Assembly: GCA_964416665.1 (NCBI GenBank)
Contig: CAYQFA010000001.1
Span: forward strand, 40,082 to 104,081
From: an uncultured Candidatus Saccharibacteria bacterium
Lineage (GTDB): Bacteria > Patescibacteriota > Minisyncoccia > UBA6257 > 2-01-FULL-56-20
DNA length: 64,000 nucleotides
Direction: 5' to 3'
Below the pieces are notes generated by a model, which searched no databases, was not told the origin of the DNA, and worked only from the letters and a program-made list of their open reading frames with translations. Of the stretch, positions 34,955 to 45,373 are shown piece by piece; position 1 is the first letter of the stretch; every line of letters begins with the position of its first letter. The position numbers and the translations under genes are program-made.

Positions 34955-37060
34955 ATGTTGCAAAAAAAGGAATTTTCCACGGAAATTGCGGGTAAAAAAT
35001 TAACAATCGAGATTTCGGCGCTCGCGGAGCAGGCCAACGCCGCGGTGATCGCGAAGTACGGCGAGACGGTGATATTGGCGACCGCTGTCATGGGTCGCAA
35101 AGATATCGAGCTTGATTATCTTCCTCTTAAGGTTGATTACGAAGAGAGGTTCTACGCCGCGGGCAAGATACTCGGCAGCCGTTATGTCCGTCGCGAAGGC
35201 CGCGCTTCCGAAGAGGCGATACTGGCCGGTCGGCTCATCGACCGCACCATCCGCCCGCTTTTCGATAACCGCATGCGCCGTGATATCCAAGTGGTCGTCA
35301 CTGTGTTGCAGATCGACGAGGAAAACACGCCGGAGTTTGTCGGTTTGCTCGGCGTTTCCACGGCGTTGTTCATCTCCGACATTCCATGGGGCGGTCCGGT
35401 CGCCGGCGTCCACGTCGCGCAGTTCGCGGACGGCTTCAAGGTCAATGCGGACAAATCATCGATCGCGAAAAATGAACACGTCTTCGAATCGTTCGTCTCG
35501 GGTTCCCGTGATCGCATCAATATGATCGAGCTTGGCGGACTGGATGCACAGGAAAAAGACGTCGTTGAAGGATTCAAGCTTGCGCAGCAGGAGATCAACA
35601 AACTCATTGCGTTCCAGGAAACGATACAAAAGGAGATCGGCAAAGCGAAGGCCGAGGTTGCACTCGTTGAGCCCGATCCGGAACTCAAGGCGGAAGTGAC
35701 GGCATTCTTGGCAGACAAGTTGGAGGATGCGATATACAAGCCGACGAAAGTGGAGCACACGACCGCGGTGGGCGCGTTGAACCATGAACTCAACCTTCAC
35801 CTTAAGGAAAAATTCGCGGAAACGAAAGAAAAGATAAACTGGAAGGCGGTGGAATCGCTTTTTGAGGAGATGGTGAATGACCTCGTTCATAAGAATGTTT
35901 TGGAAAAGGAAAGGCGTCCTGACGGCAGGAAGCTTGACGAGGTTCGCGCACTTGATGGTCAGGTGGGCCTGTTCTCCCGCGTCCACGGTTCCGCGTTCTT
36001 CTCACGCGGGAACACGCAGGCGCTCGCGATAACGACGCTTGGCGTTCCGGGTTCCGAGCAGCTCATTGAAAGTATGGAAACCAATGAGAAGCGTCGCTTC
36101 CTTTTGCACTATAATTTCCCGCCGTATTCCGTCGGCGAGGTCGGCAACTTCCGCGGGCCGGGCCGTCGCGAGATCGGTCATGGTAATCTGGCGCGCAAAT
36201 CGCTCGAGCGGTTGCTCCCTTCGAAAGAGGAGTTTCCGTACACCATCCGCGTGGTTTCTGAGATCATGTCATCGAACGGATCGTCTTCGCAGGCGACCGT
36301 GTGCGCCTCCGCGCTCTCGATGATGGACGCTGGCGTACCGCTCAAAAAGCCGGCAGCAGGCATTGCGATGGGGCTCATGATGAGCGATGTCGACCACTAC
36401 AAAGTGCTGACCGATATCCAGGGACCGGAAGATCATCATGGCGACATGGACCTTAAGGTTGCAGGGACCGATGATGGCGTAACCGGCATGCAGATGGACG
36501 TCAAAGTGGACGGGCTCACGATCGAAATTCTGGCCGCGGCATTCGAACAGGCAAAGCAGGCGCGTATCCACATCTTGAAGACTGTGAAGGCGATCCTCCC
36601 GATGCATCGCGATAAACTTTCGCCGTTCGTTCCGACCATCCGTCAGTTCAAGATCGATCCGTCAAAGATCGGTACGGTCATTGGCCCTGGCGGCAAGATG
36701 ATCAACGGTCTTATCGCGAAATACGAATTGGCTGGCATTGACATTGAAGAGGACGGCGGCGTTTTCGTTTCCGGTACCGACCTTGCAAAAGTCGAGGCGG
36801 CGGTTGCGGAGATCATGGGAATGACCAAGGAATATAAAGTTGGCGAGATCGTAGAGGGCACTATCGTGAAGATCCTTGAATTCGGCGCGATCGTCGATAT
36901 CGGCGGTGGCCGTGATGGCATGATCCACGTTTCGGAGCTTCGGCAGGGGTTCGTGAAGAACGTCGAAGACGTGGTGAAACTTGGCGATTTCGTCCGCGCG
37001 AAGATCATCAAGGCCGAAGACGGCAAGATAGGCCTTTCGTTGAAACAGATGGAAGGGTAA
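34955..37060 (+). CDS. pnp: polyribonucleotide nucleotidyltransferase (PNPase)
   Basis: 701 aa with two RNase PH domains, a KH domain and an S1 domain (…GPGGKMINGL…, …VEGTIVKILEFGAIVDIGGGRDGMIHVSEL…). Confidence 0.9.
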   Translation: MLQKKEFSTEIAGKKLTIEISALAEQANAAVIAKYGETVILATAVMGRKDIELDYLPLKVDYEERFYAAGKILGSRYVRREGRASEEAILAGRLIDRTIRPLFDNRMRRDIQVVVTVLQIDEENTPEFVGLLGVSTALFISDIPWGGPVAGVHVAQFADGFKVNADKSSIAKNEHVFESFVSGSRDRINMIELGGLDAQEKDVVEGFKLAQQEINKLIAFQETIQKEIGKAKAEVALVEPDPELKAEVTAFLADKLEDAIYKPTKVEHTTAVGALNHELNLHLKEKFAETKEKINWKAVESLFEEMVNDLVHKNVLEKERRPDGRKLDEVRALDGQVGLFSRVHGSAFFSRGNTQALAITTLGVPGSEQLIESMETNEKRRFLLHYNFPPYSVGEVGNFRGPGRREIGHGNLARKSLERLLPSKEEFPYTIRVVSEIMSSNGSSSQATVCASALSMMDAGVPLKKPAAGIAMGLMMSDVDHYKVLTDIQGPEDHHGDMDLKVAGTDDGVTGMQMDVKVDGLTIEILAAAFEQAKQARIHILKTVKAILPMHRDKLSPFVPTIRQFKIDPSKIGTVIGPGGKMINGLIAKYELAGIDIEEDGGVFVSGTDLAKVEAAVAEIMGMTKEYKVGEIVEGTIVKILEFGAIVDIGGGRDGMIHVSELRQGFVKNVEDVVKLGDFVRAKIIKAEDGKIGLSLKQMEG

Positions 37061-37066
37061 AACAAC

Positions 37067-37139
37067 AAAACAACCCCACCCTCTTTTGAAAACCTGCTGT
37101 GCGGACACAACGGTTTTCAAAAGAGGGTGGGGTTGTTTT
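37067..37139 (+). terminator. pnp terminator; also conserved-loop hairpin family member B
   Basis: Perfect 28-bp stem AAAACAACCCCACCCTCTTTTGAAAACC/GGTTTTCAAAAGAGGGTGGGGTTGTTTT around loop TGCTGTGCGGACACAAC, followed by TTTTGTTTCTCTT. Confidence 0.65.
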
Positions 37140-37165
37140 GTTTCTCTTGTGCTAGAATAAAACAA

Positions 37166-37528
37166 ATGGAAAATACTTCTAACTTTCAAGGTAGTATTCC
37201 CGGCGCACCGCCACCTCCATCGGAAGTGAAAGTCCGCACCATGCGCAGCGATTTGGAATCTATGACGAGAAGCGGCGGTGGTGCACCGCGCTTCGAGAAC
37301 GTGGCGGTCACGGGGCTGACCATGCAGGACGGAGCGCCACAGGCGGCAGAAACCGCCGGGGGACAAAGCGGTGCCGTTGGCACATCATTGCGATCGCTTT
37401 TGGGACCTGTTTTGGTCATAATCGTCGCCCTCGTCGCCCTCGCAGTCGTAGGGTATTTTGCATACACCGTTTTTAATTCTTCCGCGAGCCAAACGCCGGC
37501 ACCCGCGGCAACTCCAACGACCCCGTAG
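37166..37528 (+). CDS. hypothetical protein with a C-terminal TM helix (Pro/Ala-rich)
   Basis: ATG at 37166 (MENTSNFQ…). The upstream GTG of the track ORF lies inside the terminator stem. No homology recognisable. Confidence 0.3.
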   Translation: MENTSNFQGSIPGAPPPPSEVKVRTMRSDLESMTRSGGGAPRFENVAVTGLTMQDGAPQAAETAGGQSGAVGTSLRSLLGPVLVIIVALVALAVVGYFAYTVFNSSASQTPAPAATPTTP

Positions 37529-37563
37529 CCGGTCATCGTCCGCGGCTGCGCTTTATGTGCGCT

Positions 37564-38619
37564 TTACTCTCCTTCCGGTCCAGCGACCTCTCCGACGGGA
37601 GTTTCCGCGATCTTCTTTTTTATCGCGCTGAGCAGCTTCTTATCTTCTTTGAGCTTTGTCCGCGCGTTTTCAAATCCAACACCAAGCCGCTCGCCTTCGA
37701 AGCTGAAACTTGATCCCGCTTTTTTTACCACGCCGCGGTTGACCGCTGCATTCAAAACATCGCCCTCATAGGAGATGCCTTCGTTGAAAAGAATATCGAA
37801 CTCCGCAAATTTGAACGGCGCGGCGACTTTATTTTTTACCACCTTCGCTTTCACGCGGTTACCGACGACATTCTCACCCCTCTTCACCTGCGCAATTCTG
37901 CGGATATCGATACGCACCGAGGCAGCAAAAGGGAGCGCCCGACCACCCGGGGTCGTTTCCGGATTACCGAACATGATGCCGATCTTCATGCGAAGCTGGT
38001 TGATAAAAATGACGAGCGTCTGGCTGGTCGCCGCGATCGCTGTGAGTTTGCGGAGCGCCTGACCCATCATGCGTGCCTGGCGTCCCACATGCTGCTCTCC
38101 CATTTCACCCTCGAGTTCTGCGCGCGGTACGAGCGCTGCGACGGAGTCCACAACGACCACCGATATCATGCCGGAGCGCACCAAACTTTCGAGAATATTC
38201 AAAGCTTCCTCGCCGCTGTCCGGCTGGGAAATAAGCAGCTCGTTCACGTTCACGCCCAGTTTCGCCGCGTATTGAGGATCCATGGCATGTTCCGCGTCAA
38301 TGAATGCCGCCGTTCCGCCCTGTTTTTGGGCCTGCGCGACGACGTTCAGGGCGAGGGTGGTCTTACCGCTGGATTCGGGGCCGAATATCTCGACGACGCG
38401 CCCGCGTGGAAGTCCGCCAACGCCGAGGGCAAGGTCGAGAGAGAAGGATCCGGTGGAGACTACGGAAACGTCCACTTTACTTACTTCGCCAAGACGCATG
38501 ATTGATCCTGCGCCAAATTTTTCCTGCATGGACGAAAGGAGATTCTCAAAATCCTTCGGGCTGGTTTGTTTGGCGGCTTTTGAAGGCGCCGCTCCTTTAT
38601 GCTTTTTTATAGGTGTCAT
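37564..38619 (-). CDS. recA: recombinase RecA
   Basis: Walker [13 protein letters not shown]; …[10 protein letters not shown]…; …VVVDSVAAL…. An extended -10 TGGTATAAT sits on the minus strand (38626-38634), 6 nt upstream of the ATG. Confidence 0.9.
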   Translation of the reverse strand: MTPIKKHKGAAPSKAAKQTSPKDFENLLSSMQEKFGAGSIMRLGEVSKVDVSVVSTGSFSLDLALGVGGLPRGRVVEIFGPESSGKTTLALNVVAQAQKQGGTAAFIDAEHAMDPQYAAKLGVNVNELLISQPDSGEEALNILESLVRSGMISVVVVDSVAALVPRAELEGEMGEQHVGRQARMMGQALRKLTAIAATSQTLVIFINQLRMKIGIMFGNPETTPGGRALPFAASVRIDIRRIAQVKRGENVVGNRVKAKVVKNKVAAPFKFAEFDILFNEGISYEGDVLNAAVNRGVVKKAGSSFSFEGERLGVGFENARTKLKEDKKLLSAIKKKIAETPVGEVAGPEGE

Positions 38620-38653
38620 GGGTTCATTATACCAGAAGACACATTAAAAAAAT

Positions 38654-39415
38654 CTAAAGTCGGGTCGAGGTGGCGGTGCCGGTGGTAGTGCTTGCGCCAG
38701 GCCCGGAAACCGGGGTTGATGTGGCAGTTGTGGAATTATTGACGCTTCCCGTTGCGTTCGTGTTTGTATTGACGATCTGTTCGATAACATCCGTCTCGCC
38801 GCCGAGGAATTTTTTAGCGGCTATTTTGAACGAATTCAAGCCGCTTCCGAGCAACACCGGCTCCTGCCACGACCCATCCGAAGCGACGGCTATCTCCTGG
38901 CTATCGCTCGCTTCCTGATTATCGCCTACCAAATAAAGCGAATCGGCGTTTGTGACGGTGCCTTCAAGAACGAACGTGCTTGAAGAGGTGGTGTACGGAC
39001 TTTGATCGGGGGACGTGATGGCGATCGATGGTTTTCCTAAAATGCGCGGAAGTTGAAACGCGAGATAGATCAAAACGATCACCGCCACGCCGATCGCCCA
39101 TAAATATTTTGGCGGCGATTGTTTGATGAAACGATTGCGCGGAAGCGTGTCGAGCTCGCCGGAATTTTTGACGACGCCTTCCTTTTTCAATTTCATCCAC
39201 CACGCTTCGCCGTCGAAATCGAGGGCGTTGCCGAGATGGACGAGGTACCCATGGAAATACGGCGCCGACGGCATGCTTTCGTAATCCCCGCGCAGCAGGC
39301 TTTCAATATGTGTCGGGGCAATGCCTGTTATATCGGAGAGCTTTTTAAGGGAAATGCCTCGTTCTTTTATCTTTTCCGCAAAGAATTGCTCGAATGGTGT
39401 GTCGTTTGGGCTCAT
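38654..39415 (-). CDS. RodZ-like HTH (XRE) domain membrane protein
   Basis: N-terminal HTH (ISLKKLSDITGIAPTHIESLL), a single TM helix, and a Ser/Thr-rich C-terminus. -10 TAGAAT 8 nt upstream of the ATG. Confidence 0.55.
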   Translation of the reverse strand: MSPNDTPFEQFFAEKIKERGISLKKLSDITGIAPTHIESLLRGDYESMPSAPYFHGYLVHLGNALDFDGEAWWMKLKKEGVVKNSGELDTLPRNRFIKQSPPKYLWAIGVAVIVLIYLAFQLPRILGKPSIAITSPDQSPYTTSSSTFVLEGTVTNADSLYLVGDNQEASDSQEIAVASDGSWQEPVLLGSGLNSFKIAAKKFLGGETDVIEQIVNTNTNATGSVNNSTTATSTPVSGPGASTTTGTATSTRL

Positions 39416-39453
39416 ATGTCCTGATTCTAAGGCGCATCGCGAAATTAGTCCAC

Positions 39454-41604
39454 TTACGACAGCCGTTCTTCTATCTTTTCGATATTCACATCGCGTGCTT
39501 TTGCGCCATCACCGGGGCCAATGAGGTCAGCGGCTTCCATAAGGTCGAGCAGGCGCGCCGCGCGGGCATAACCGACTTTAAGGCGACGTTGGAGGAGCGA
39601 AGCGGAAGCTTTCTTTGCTTCGGCGACAACGGCGATCGCCTCATCAAAGAGATCGTCTTCATCCTCATCGTTGCCGCCTCCGCTTCCGCCATTAGCAACA
39701 AATGCCTCGAATGTTTGCGGCGTGATGCCCGCATGAGTCTCTATATTATCACTTTCGGTTTCCACCACCTGTACTTTGTTGTTCTCTTTTATGAAGCTCA
39801 CCACGCTCTTTAATTCCTCTTCGGTGATGTATGAACCCTGGATGCGCTTCGGCTTGGAAAGCTCCGCCGAGAGGAAGAGCAGGTCGCCGTGGCCAAGAAG
39901 CTTTTCCGCGCCGGCGGTGTCGAGGATGGTGCGCGAGTCGATTTGGCTGGCGACCTGGAGGGCCACGCGCGTCGGGATGTTTGCCTTGATAAGGCCCGTG
40001 ATCACCTCCACCGAGGGCCGTTGCGTCGCGAGGAGCAGGTGGATGCCGGTCGCGCGCGCCATTTGCGCCAAGCGTACGATGGCGCCTTCAACTTCGCGGC
40101 CAAAAGAGCTCATGAGGTCCGCCATTTCGTCGATACCGATGAGGATGAAGGGAAGCGCCTCGGTCGGGTTGGCTTTGTTATAGCTTGAGATGTCGCGACA
40201 ACCCGCTTTTTGCAGCACCTCATAACGGTGGTCCATTTCCGAGATCGCCCACTTCAGGACACTCAACGCCTTTTTATTTTCGGTGATCACCGGCGTGATC
40301 AGGTGGGGGATGCCGTCATACATGGAAATCTCGACGCGTTTCGGATCGATGAGTGCGAGCTTCAGTGGTTGCGGCGAATTTTTGAAAAGCAGTGAGGTGA
40401 TGAGCGAGTGGACGAGGATCGATTTGCCCGCACCGGTCGCGCCGGCGACCAGCATGTGCGGCATTTTCTCGATGTTCGCGAACACCGGTTGGCCGGAAAC
40501 ATCACGGCCAAGCACGAAGCCGAGCGGTCCTGAGGCCTGGAATTCCGGATAATGCATCAGGCTGCCGAGGCGCACGAGCGCAGCGGCGCGGTTCGGCACC
40601 TCGATGCCGACGAGCGACTTGCCCGGGATCGGCGCCTCGATGCGAATGGGATGTGCAGCGAGCGCGAGCGCGAGGTCGGAGCTCAGGGCGGTGATACGCG
40701 AAAGTTTCATGCCTTCGGCGGGCTTTAATGTGTAGCGCGTGACGGCAGGACCGACGTTGATCTCGCCCATCTCGACCGAGATGCCGAAGCTCTCGAGCGT
40801 ACGCTTGATGACGTTCGCATTCGCAAGGAGGTCGCCGGTGGTCGGCTTGCTCATATCCGAGTTCAAAAGCGAGAGCGGCGGTGGAACATAGTTCGCGAAG
40901 ACCGGCATTTTTGTCTTTTTCAGCTTTCCGGCGCCCTTTTCATCTTTTTGGTGGACGACCTCTATGTCATCAACCATCTTTTCTCCTCCTTTTTTATCTT
41001 TCTCCGGCGCCGTTTTTTCTTCCTCCAATTTTTCCACATCACCACCCGCTTCCGTCACCATGACAGGCGCCTCCTTTTCTTTCTTTTCCGGCCACTTGAA
41101 TTTTACGGGAATGTTCGCGGTGATGATGACGGAGATGATGAGGATGAAGATATCAATTACGAGAGCGGCGATGGTACCGAACGGGACCTTGAGCGATCCC
41201 AAAACCAAACCGAGCCATCCGCCGTTGCCGGGCGAAAGGATGTCGATAAAACCGAGGAACGAAAGGATCAGGAGTACCGCCCCAAGGAGAGTGATTCCCA
41301 AGATCTTTTTGCGTCCTGAAAATAAAAGGACGATTGCGGTAAAAAGGAGGGTCGCCGGCAGGATAAAGTAACCCCATCCCAGGAGGGTATTGAGGCCGTT
41401 GAAGATCGCCACGCCCGCCGGGCCCGCCAGTGCGAAATTCGCCAAAACGAGCACGATGGCCACGCAAATGAAGCTGATGGCCCAAATGCTGTTGGCTGCG
41501 TCGGGATGGAGGAGGGGTTCTTTGGCGGGAGCCGGGCTTCTTTTCTCTTTTTTGCCGTTGCTGTCGTTCTTCACGCTCTTCTTAACACCGTTCTTTTTTG
41601 CCAT
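39454..41604 (-). CDS. ftsK: DNA translocase FtsK/SpoIIIE
   Basis: N-terminal TM domain, low-complexity linker, and motor domain with Walker A VAGATGAGKS plus a gamma-domain-like C-terminus. Confidence 0.85.
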   Translation of the reverse strand: MAKKNGVKKSVKNDSNGKKEKRSPAPAKEPLLHPDAANSIWAISFICVAIVLVLANFALAGPAGVAIFNGLNTLLGWGYFILPATLLFTAIVLLFSGRKKILGITLLGAVLLILSFLGFIDILSPGNGGWLGLVLGSLKVPFGTIAALVIDIFILIISVIITANIPVKFKWPEKKEKEAPVMVTEAGGDVEKLEEEKTAPEKDKKGGEKMVDDIEVVHQKDEKGAGKLKKTKMPVFANYVPPPLSLLNSDMSKPTTGDLLANANVIKRTLESFGISVEMGEINVGPAVTRYTLKPAEGMKLSRITALSSDLALALAAHPIRIEAPIPGKSLVGIEVPNRAAALVRLGSLMHYPEFQASGPLGFVLGRDVSGQPVFANIEKMPHMLVAGATGAGKSILVHSLITSLLFKNSPQPLKLALIDPKRVEISMYDGIPHLITPVITENKKALSVLKWAISEMDHRYEVLQKAGCRDISSYNKANPTEALPFILIGIDEMADLMSSFGREVEGAIVRLAQMARATGIHLLLATQRPSVEVITGLIKANIPTRVALQVASQIDSRTILDTAGAEKLLGHGDLLFLSAELSKPKRIQGSYITEEELKSVVSFIKENNKVQVVETESDNIETHAGITPQTFEAFVANGGSGGGNDEDEDDLFDEAIAVVAEAKKASASLLQRRLKVGYARAARLLDLMEAADLIGPGDGAKARDVNIEKIEERLS

Positions 41605-41656
41605 GATGCAATCATTTTACCACCACTTTTCCGCCCACGCGATAGTGTCGCTCGGG

Positions 41657-43474
41657 TCAGAGGATATTGATGGTGATATTGGAGAGAATATCTTCGAATA
41701 CTTTTACCGCTGCTTCCTCTATAAGCTTCGCTTCCTCCTCGGTTTGCTCCTTTGTTTTCGCGCGGAGATCGCCTTTCACGGCGGTGTAATATTTCATTTT
41801 CGGTTCTGTACCGGAAGGCCGCACATGAAGGGAATTTCGCTCGTCGTCGTTAAAGAAAAACGAGAGCATGTCTCCTCTATCCCAATTCCTTGTCTCGATA
41901 AGCGTTCCGGTTTGTCCGTCTTTCACTTCGCCAGTAAGCCGGTCGATGACCTTGACGACTTTTCGTCCGCCGATCTCCCGCGGCAGATCTCCCCGAAGCT
42001 GTTTCATAGCATCATTCATTCGTTCAAAAGCTCCGAGACCTTCGATCGAGCGATAATAGAGGCGTTGGGCGTAGTAACCATATTTTTGGTAAATGGACTC
42101 AAGAAGCCTTTCTGGGGTCGTGCTGTTCGCCTTGCACCATGCTGCCATTTCAGCTGCCACGACCGCCGGCGTTTCCGCTCCTTTGTCCCGATAGGCGTCA
42201 CCAAAAAGATAGCCGCAGCTTTCCTCGCATCCCATGATAAAGTGCTTTTCCTCCGGCAGGTGTTGCAGGCGGTCGCCGATGAATTTGAATCCGACCAAAA
42301 GATCGCCGATGACCTCAGCGCCGAAACTTTCCGCGATATCGCGTACCAGTTCGGTGGTGACGGAGGTCTTTATCACGACGGGGTTGCTCGGCATGGCCTT
42401 TGCCTCGTAAAGGGCGTTCATATAGAAATATTCCAAGAGTGCAGCGCTCTGATTTCCGCTCAGAGGCCCCCAGGCCCCGCTTCTATCAGCGATCGCTATT
42501 CCTAACCGGTCCGCATCGGGATCTGAAACAATGGCGATGTCGGCGGCGATCTTTTCGGCCAACGCGATCGGTTTTTCGTACACCGCCAAAAGCTCCGGGT
42601 TCGGAAAATGATCCTTCACGGTGGGAAAATCCCCGTCCAGCGTCATCTGTTCCTCAACGACGGAAATATTTTTGAAGCCGATGCCTTGCAAAACGGGAAG
42701 CACCGATTGTGACCCAACGCCGTGAAGGGGAGAAAAGGCAATGGTGGTATCCCGTCCTGGGTAGACGGAGATATTCCTCGCCGCCGCTATGAAGGCCGCG
42801 TCAACCTCGTCGTTGATATAATGTATCGCCCCGCTCGCGATCGCTTCATCGAAGGAAATTTTCTTGATCTCTTTAATGCCGTTGAATTCCATCTCAATGA
42901 GCTTTCCGGCCTCTGGAAGTACCTGCACGCCGTTGGAATCATAGACTTTATACCCATTGAACTCCGGGGGATTATGGCTTGCAGTGATGACGATGCCGCC
43001 GGCGAGCTTCAGGTGGCGCACCGCGAAGGAAAGTTCCGGCGTTGCGCGATAATACTTGAAAATATGGACCGGGATGTTGTTTGCTGCGAGCACCCGGGCA
43101 GTTTCCTTCATGAACTCATCTGAATGATGTCGGCTGTCGTACGCGATGGCGACGCCTCGCGCAGCCGAATCAGGCTGGTATTTTATAAGATATTGCGCAT
43201 ATGCCTGGGAGGCCCAGCGTATCGTGTAGTTGTTGATGCGGTTGGTCCCGACATCCATCACCCCCCTGATCCCTCCCGTGCCAAACATAACGATCCGGTA
43301 GAACGCGTCCATGAGCATGGCCCAATCGCCGCGCTGTATCTTTTCCGTGAGGATCGGGGCGAACTCCTCGAATTCTTTTTCGGTCATCCAGCGCGTTATC
43401 TCGTCGTGGGCGGTCCGGTTCAGTTTTTTCTCCCGGAGCGCTGTCGCCAATTTCTCTTGTATGATGTTGTCCAT
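41657..43474 (-). CDS. phosphoglucomutase / phosphomannomutase family (alpha-D-phosphohexomutase)
   Basis: Active-site loop GIVITASHNPPEFNGYK and the metal-binding DPDADR motif. Confidence 0.8.
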   Translation of the reverse strand: MDNIIQEKLATALREKKLNRTAHDEITRWMTEKEFEEFAPILTEKIQRGDWAMLMDAFYRIVMFGTGGIRGVMDVGTNRINNYTIRWASQAYAQYLIKYQPDSAARGVAIAYDSRHHSDEFMKETARVLAANNIPVHIFKYYRATPELSFAVRHLKLAGGIVITASHNPPEFNGYKVYDSNGVQVLPEAGKLIEMEFNGIKEIKKISFDEAIASGAIHYINDEVDAAFIAAARNISVYPGRDTTIAFSPLHGVGSQSVLPVLQGIGFKNISVVEEQMTLDGDFPTVKDHFPNPELLAVYEKPIALAEKIAADIAIVSDPDADRLGIAIADRSGAWGPLSGNQSAALLEYFYMNALYEAKAMPSNPVVIKTSVTTELVRDIAESFGAEVIGDLLVGFKFIGDRLQHLPEEKHFIMGCEESCGYLFGDAYRDKGAETPAVVAAEMAAWCKANSTTPERLLESIYQKYGYYAQRLYYRSIEGLGAFERMNDAMKQLRGDLPREIGGRKVVKVIDRLTGEVKDGQTGTLIETRNWDRGDMLSFFFNDDERNSLHVRPSGTEPKMKYYTAVKGDLRAKTKEQTEEEAKLIEEAAVKVFEDILSNITINIL

Positions 43475-43510
43475 ATCACAAAGTTTAGCACTAGATGAAA
43501 AAGATATTAA

Positions 43511-43539
43511 ATTGACACTTGCGCGTCCCGAAGGTAAGA
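43511..43539 (+). promoter_or_regulatory. sigma70-like promoter for the exonuclease-iscS-htrA block
   Basis: TTGACA (43511-43516), 17 nt, TAAGAT (43534-43539). The leader contains hairpin TTCCGG-ATAACATA-CCGGAA. Confidence 0.4.
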
Positions 43540-43583
43540 TGCGGCTAACATCGGAGTTTTCCGGATAACATACCGGAAGCGTC

Positions 43584-44180
43584 GTGTATTATCTATATAT
43601 GGCCCTCGACACCCTCGTTTTCGACATAGAAACACAGAACTTTTTCACCGACCCCGACGTGGGCTGGGATAATTACGCCGCGCTCAAGATCTCCGTCGTC
43701 GCGGTCTATTCCTACCTTCAGGGCCGCTATTTTTGCTATGAGGAGAACGAGATGGATAAGCTGGTGGAACTTTTTGAGGACGCGCGGCGCATCGTCGGGT
43801 TCAGTATGAATCGCTACGACATCCCGGTACTTAACCAATATTTTCAAAAGATAAAAGGCGCGCCGCGGCTTTGGGAAATGGAACGCGTCGATCTATTGGA
43901 GGAGATAGAGATGTCCGCTGGCCAACGGGTGAGCCTGAACCGTCTTGCCGAGTTGAACCTTGGCGAAAAGAAGACGCATCATGGCTCGGAGGCGATCACA
44001 CTCTATCGCGACGGTAAAATGGACGAACTGAAGGAATATTGCATCAACGACGTCAAACTCACCAAGGGCCTTTACGACCTTTATCGCAAACAGAATTACT
44101 TGATGATGCCGGACAAAAAAACAGGAGAGATCATCAAGGTTGAATTTGCGAATTTGTCGATAACCCCGGCGCTCTTATAA
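43584..44180 (+). CDS. RNase H-like 3'-5' exonuclease (DEDD / PolB-exo-like)
   Basis: LVFDIETQNFF (Exo I) …YDIPVLN…; alternative start at 43599. Confidence 0.5.
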   Translation: MYYLYMALDTLVFDIETQNFFTDPDVGWDNYAALKISVVAVYSYLQGRYFCYEENEMDKLVELFEDARRIVGFSMNRYDIPVLNQYFQKIKGAPRLWEMERVDLLEEIEMSAGQRVSLNRLAELNLGEKKTHHGSEAITLYRDGKMDELKEYCINDVKLTKGLYDLYRKQNYLMMPDKKTGEIIKVEFANLSITPALL

Positions 44181-45356
44181 ATGAAGCACATATATTTTGA
44201 TTACGCTGCATCAACGCCGCTTGATATACGCGTAGAGCGGGCCATGCGGCCTTATTTTTTAAAACATTTCGGTAACCCGGGATCACTGCACTATTTTGGG
44301 CAGGAGGCGATCGCTGCGGTTGACGCGTCGCGTGAAAAACTCGCGCGGCTGATCAATGCCGATTTTCGCGAGGTCGTCTTTACCGGTTCTGCGACGGAGG
44401 CCAATAACTTGGCGCTTCGTGGGGCGGTGCGGGCATGGCAGGAACAACACATCGGGGTTCAGCCGCGCGTGGTTGTCTCCGCGATCGAACACGAATCCGT
44501 GCTTGAGACGGTGCGCGATCTGGCGCGCGATGGCGTCGAGGTGGTTTATCTTCCGGTAGACCGCGCCGGAGTTGTCAGCCTTACGGCGCTTCGTAGCGCG
44601 TTCAACGAGCGGACGGTCATCGTCTCCATCATGTATGCCAATAATGAGATCGGCGTGGTTCAGCCGGTGGTGGAAATCGCCAAGATCATCGCTGAGTTCA
44701 AAAAAACCGCGCGTTATCCATTGTTTCATGCCGACGCCGTTCAGGCCTTCCAGTTCTTGAACTGCGACGTCCGCGTGCTCGGTGTCGATATGATGACGCT
44801 CTCGGCGCACAAAATTTACGGCCCCAAAGGGATTGGTCTTCTTTACGCCAAAAACGCGACGGCCGAGCCCTCCTATATAAGAGGCGAGATCGCGGGCGGC
44901 GGTCAAGAGTTCGGTTTGCGTTCGGGAACCGAGAATGTTCCGCTGATCGTGGGGTTCGCCAAGGCGGCGGAGATTGCGCTTGCGGTGCAGAAAAAAGAAG
45001 CGAAGCGCACCCTCATCATTCGCAATTACCTCCTGAAGAACATTAAAAAAATATTTCCCGCAGCCGAGGTCAACGGGGGAGTCGATGATAACGCCGCCGT
45101 CGCGACACTGCCCAACATCCTCAATGTTTATATTCCTGACCATACTGCCGAAGACATGGTGGTGAAGTTGGATCTGGCGGGCATCGCCGTTTCTGCGGGA
45201 TCGGCGTGCCGCGCCCGCGCGTTGACGTCGTCACACGTCGTTGAAGCGCTCGGCTATGCAAAAGAGCGGGCAAAATCCAGCCTACGGTTCAGTCTTGGGC
45301 GTCAAACAAAAAAAGAGGAGGTGGTGAAACTTTTTGACCGGCTCGTCGGTATATAA
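44181..45356 (+). CDS. cysteine desulfurase (class V aminotransferase, IscS/NifS-like)
   Basis: …VVFTGSATEANNLAL…, PLP-lysine region SAHKIYGPKGIG, and the catalytic-loop cysteine AVSAGSACRAR. Confidence 0.8.
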   Translation: MKHIYFDYAASTPLDIRVERAMRPYFLKHFGNPGSLHYFGQEAIAAVDASREKLARLINADFREVVFTGSATEANNLALRGAVRAWQEQHIGVQPRVVVSAIEHESVLETVRDLARDGVEVVYLPVDRAGVVSLTALRSAFNERTVIVSIMYANNEIGVVQPVVEIAKIIAEFKKTARYPLFHADAVQAFQFLNCDVRVLGVDMMTLSAHKIYGPKGIGLLYAKNATAEPSYIRGEIAGGGQEFGLRSGTENVPLIVGFAKAAEIALAVQKKEAKRTLIIRNYLLKNIKKIFPAAEVNGGVDDNAAVATLPNILNVYIPDHTAEDMVVKLDLAGIAVSAGSACRARALTSSHVVEALGYAKERAKSSLRFSLGRQTKKEEVVKLFDRLVGI

Positions 45357-45373
45357 TAGTAAGAGAAGTACCT

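Noticed and set aside
35182-37366. Several 130-230-aa ORFs on the - strand (35182..35793, 35456..35986, 36662..37366)
   Set aside because: All antisense to pnp. No motifs. Shadow frames.
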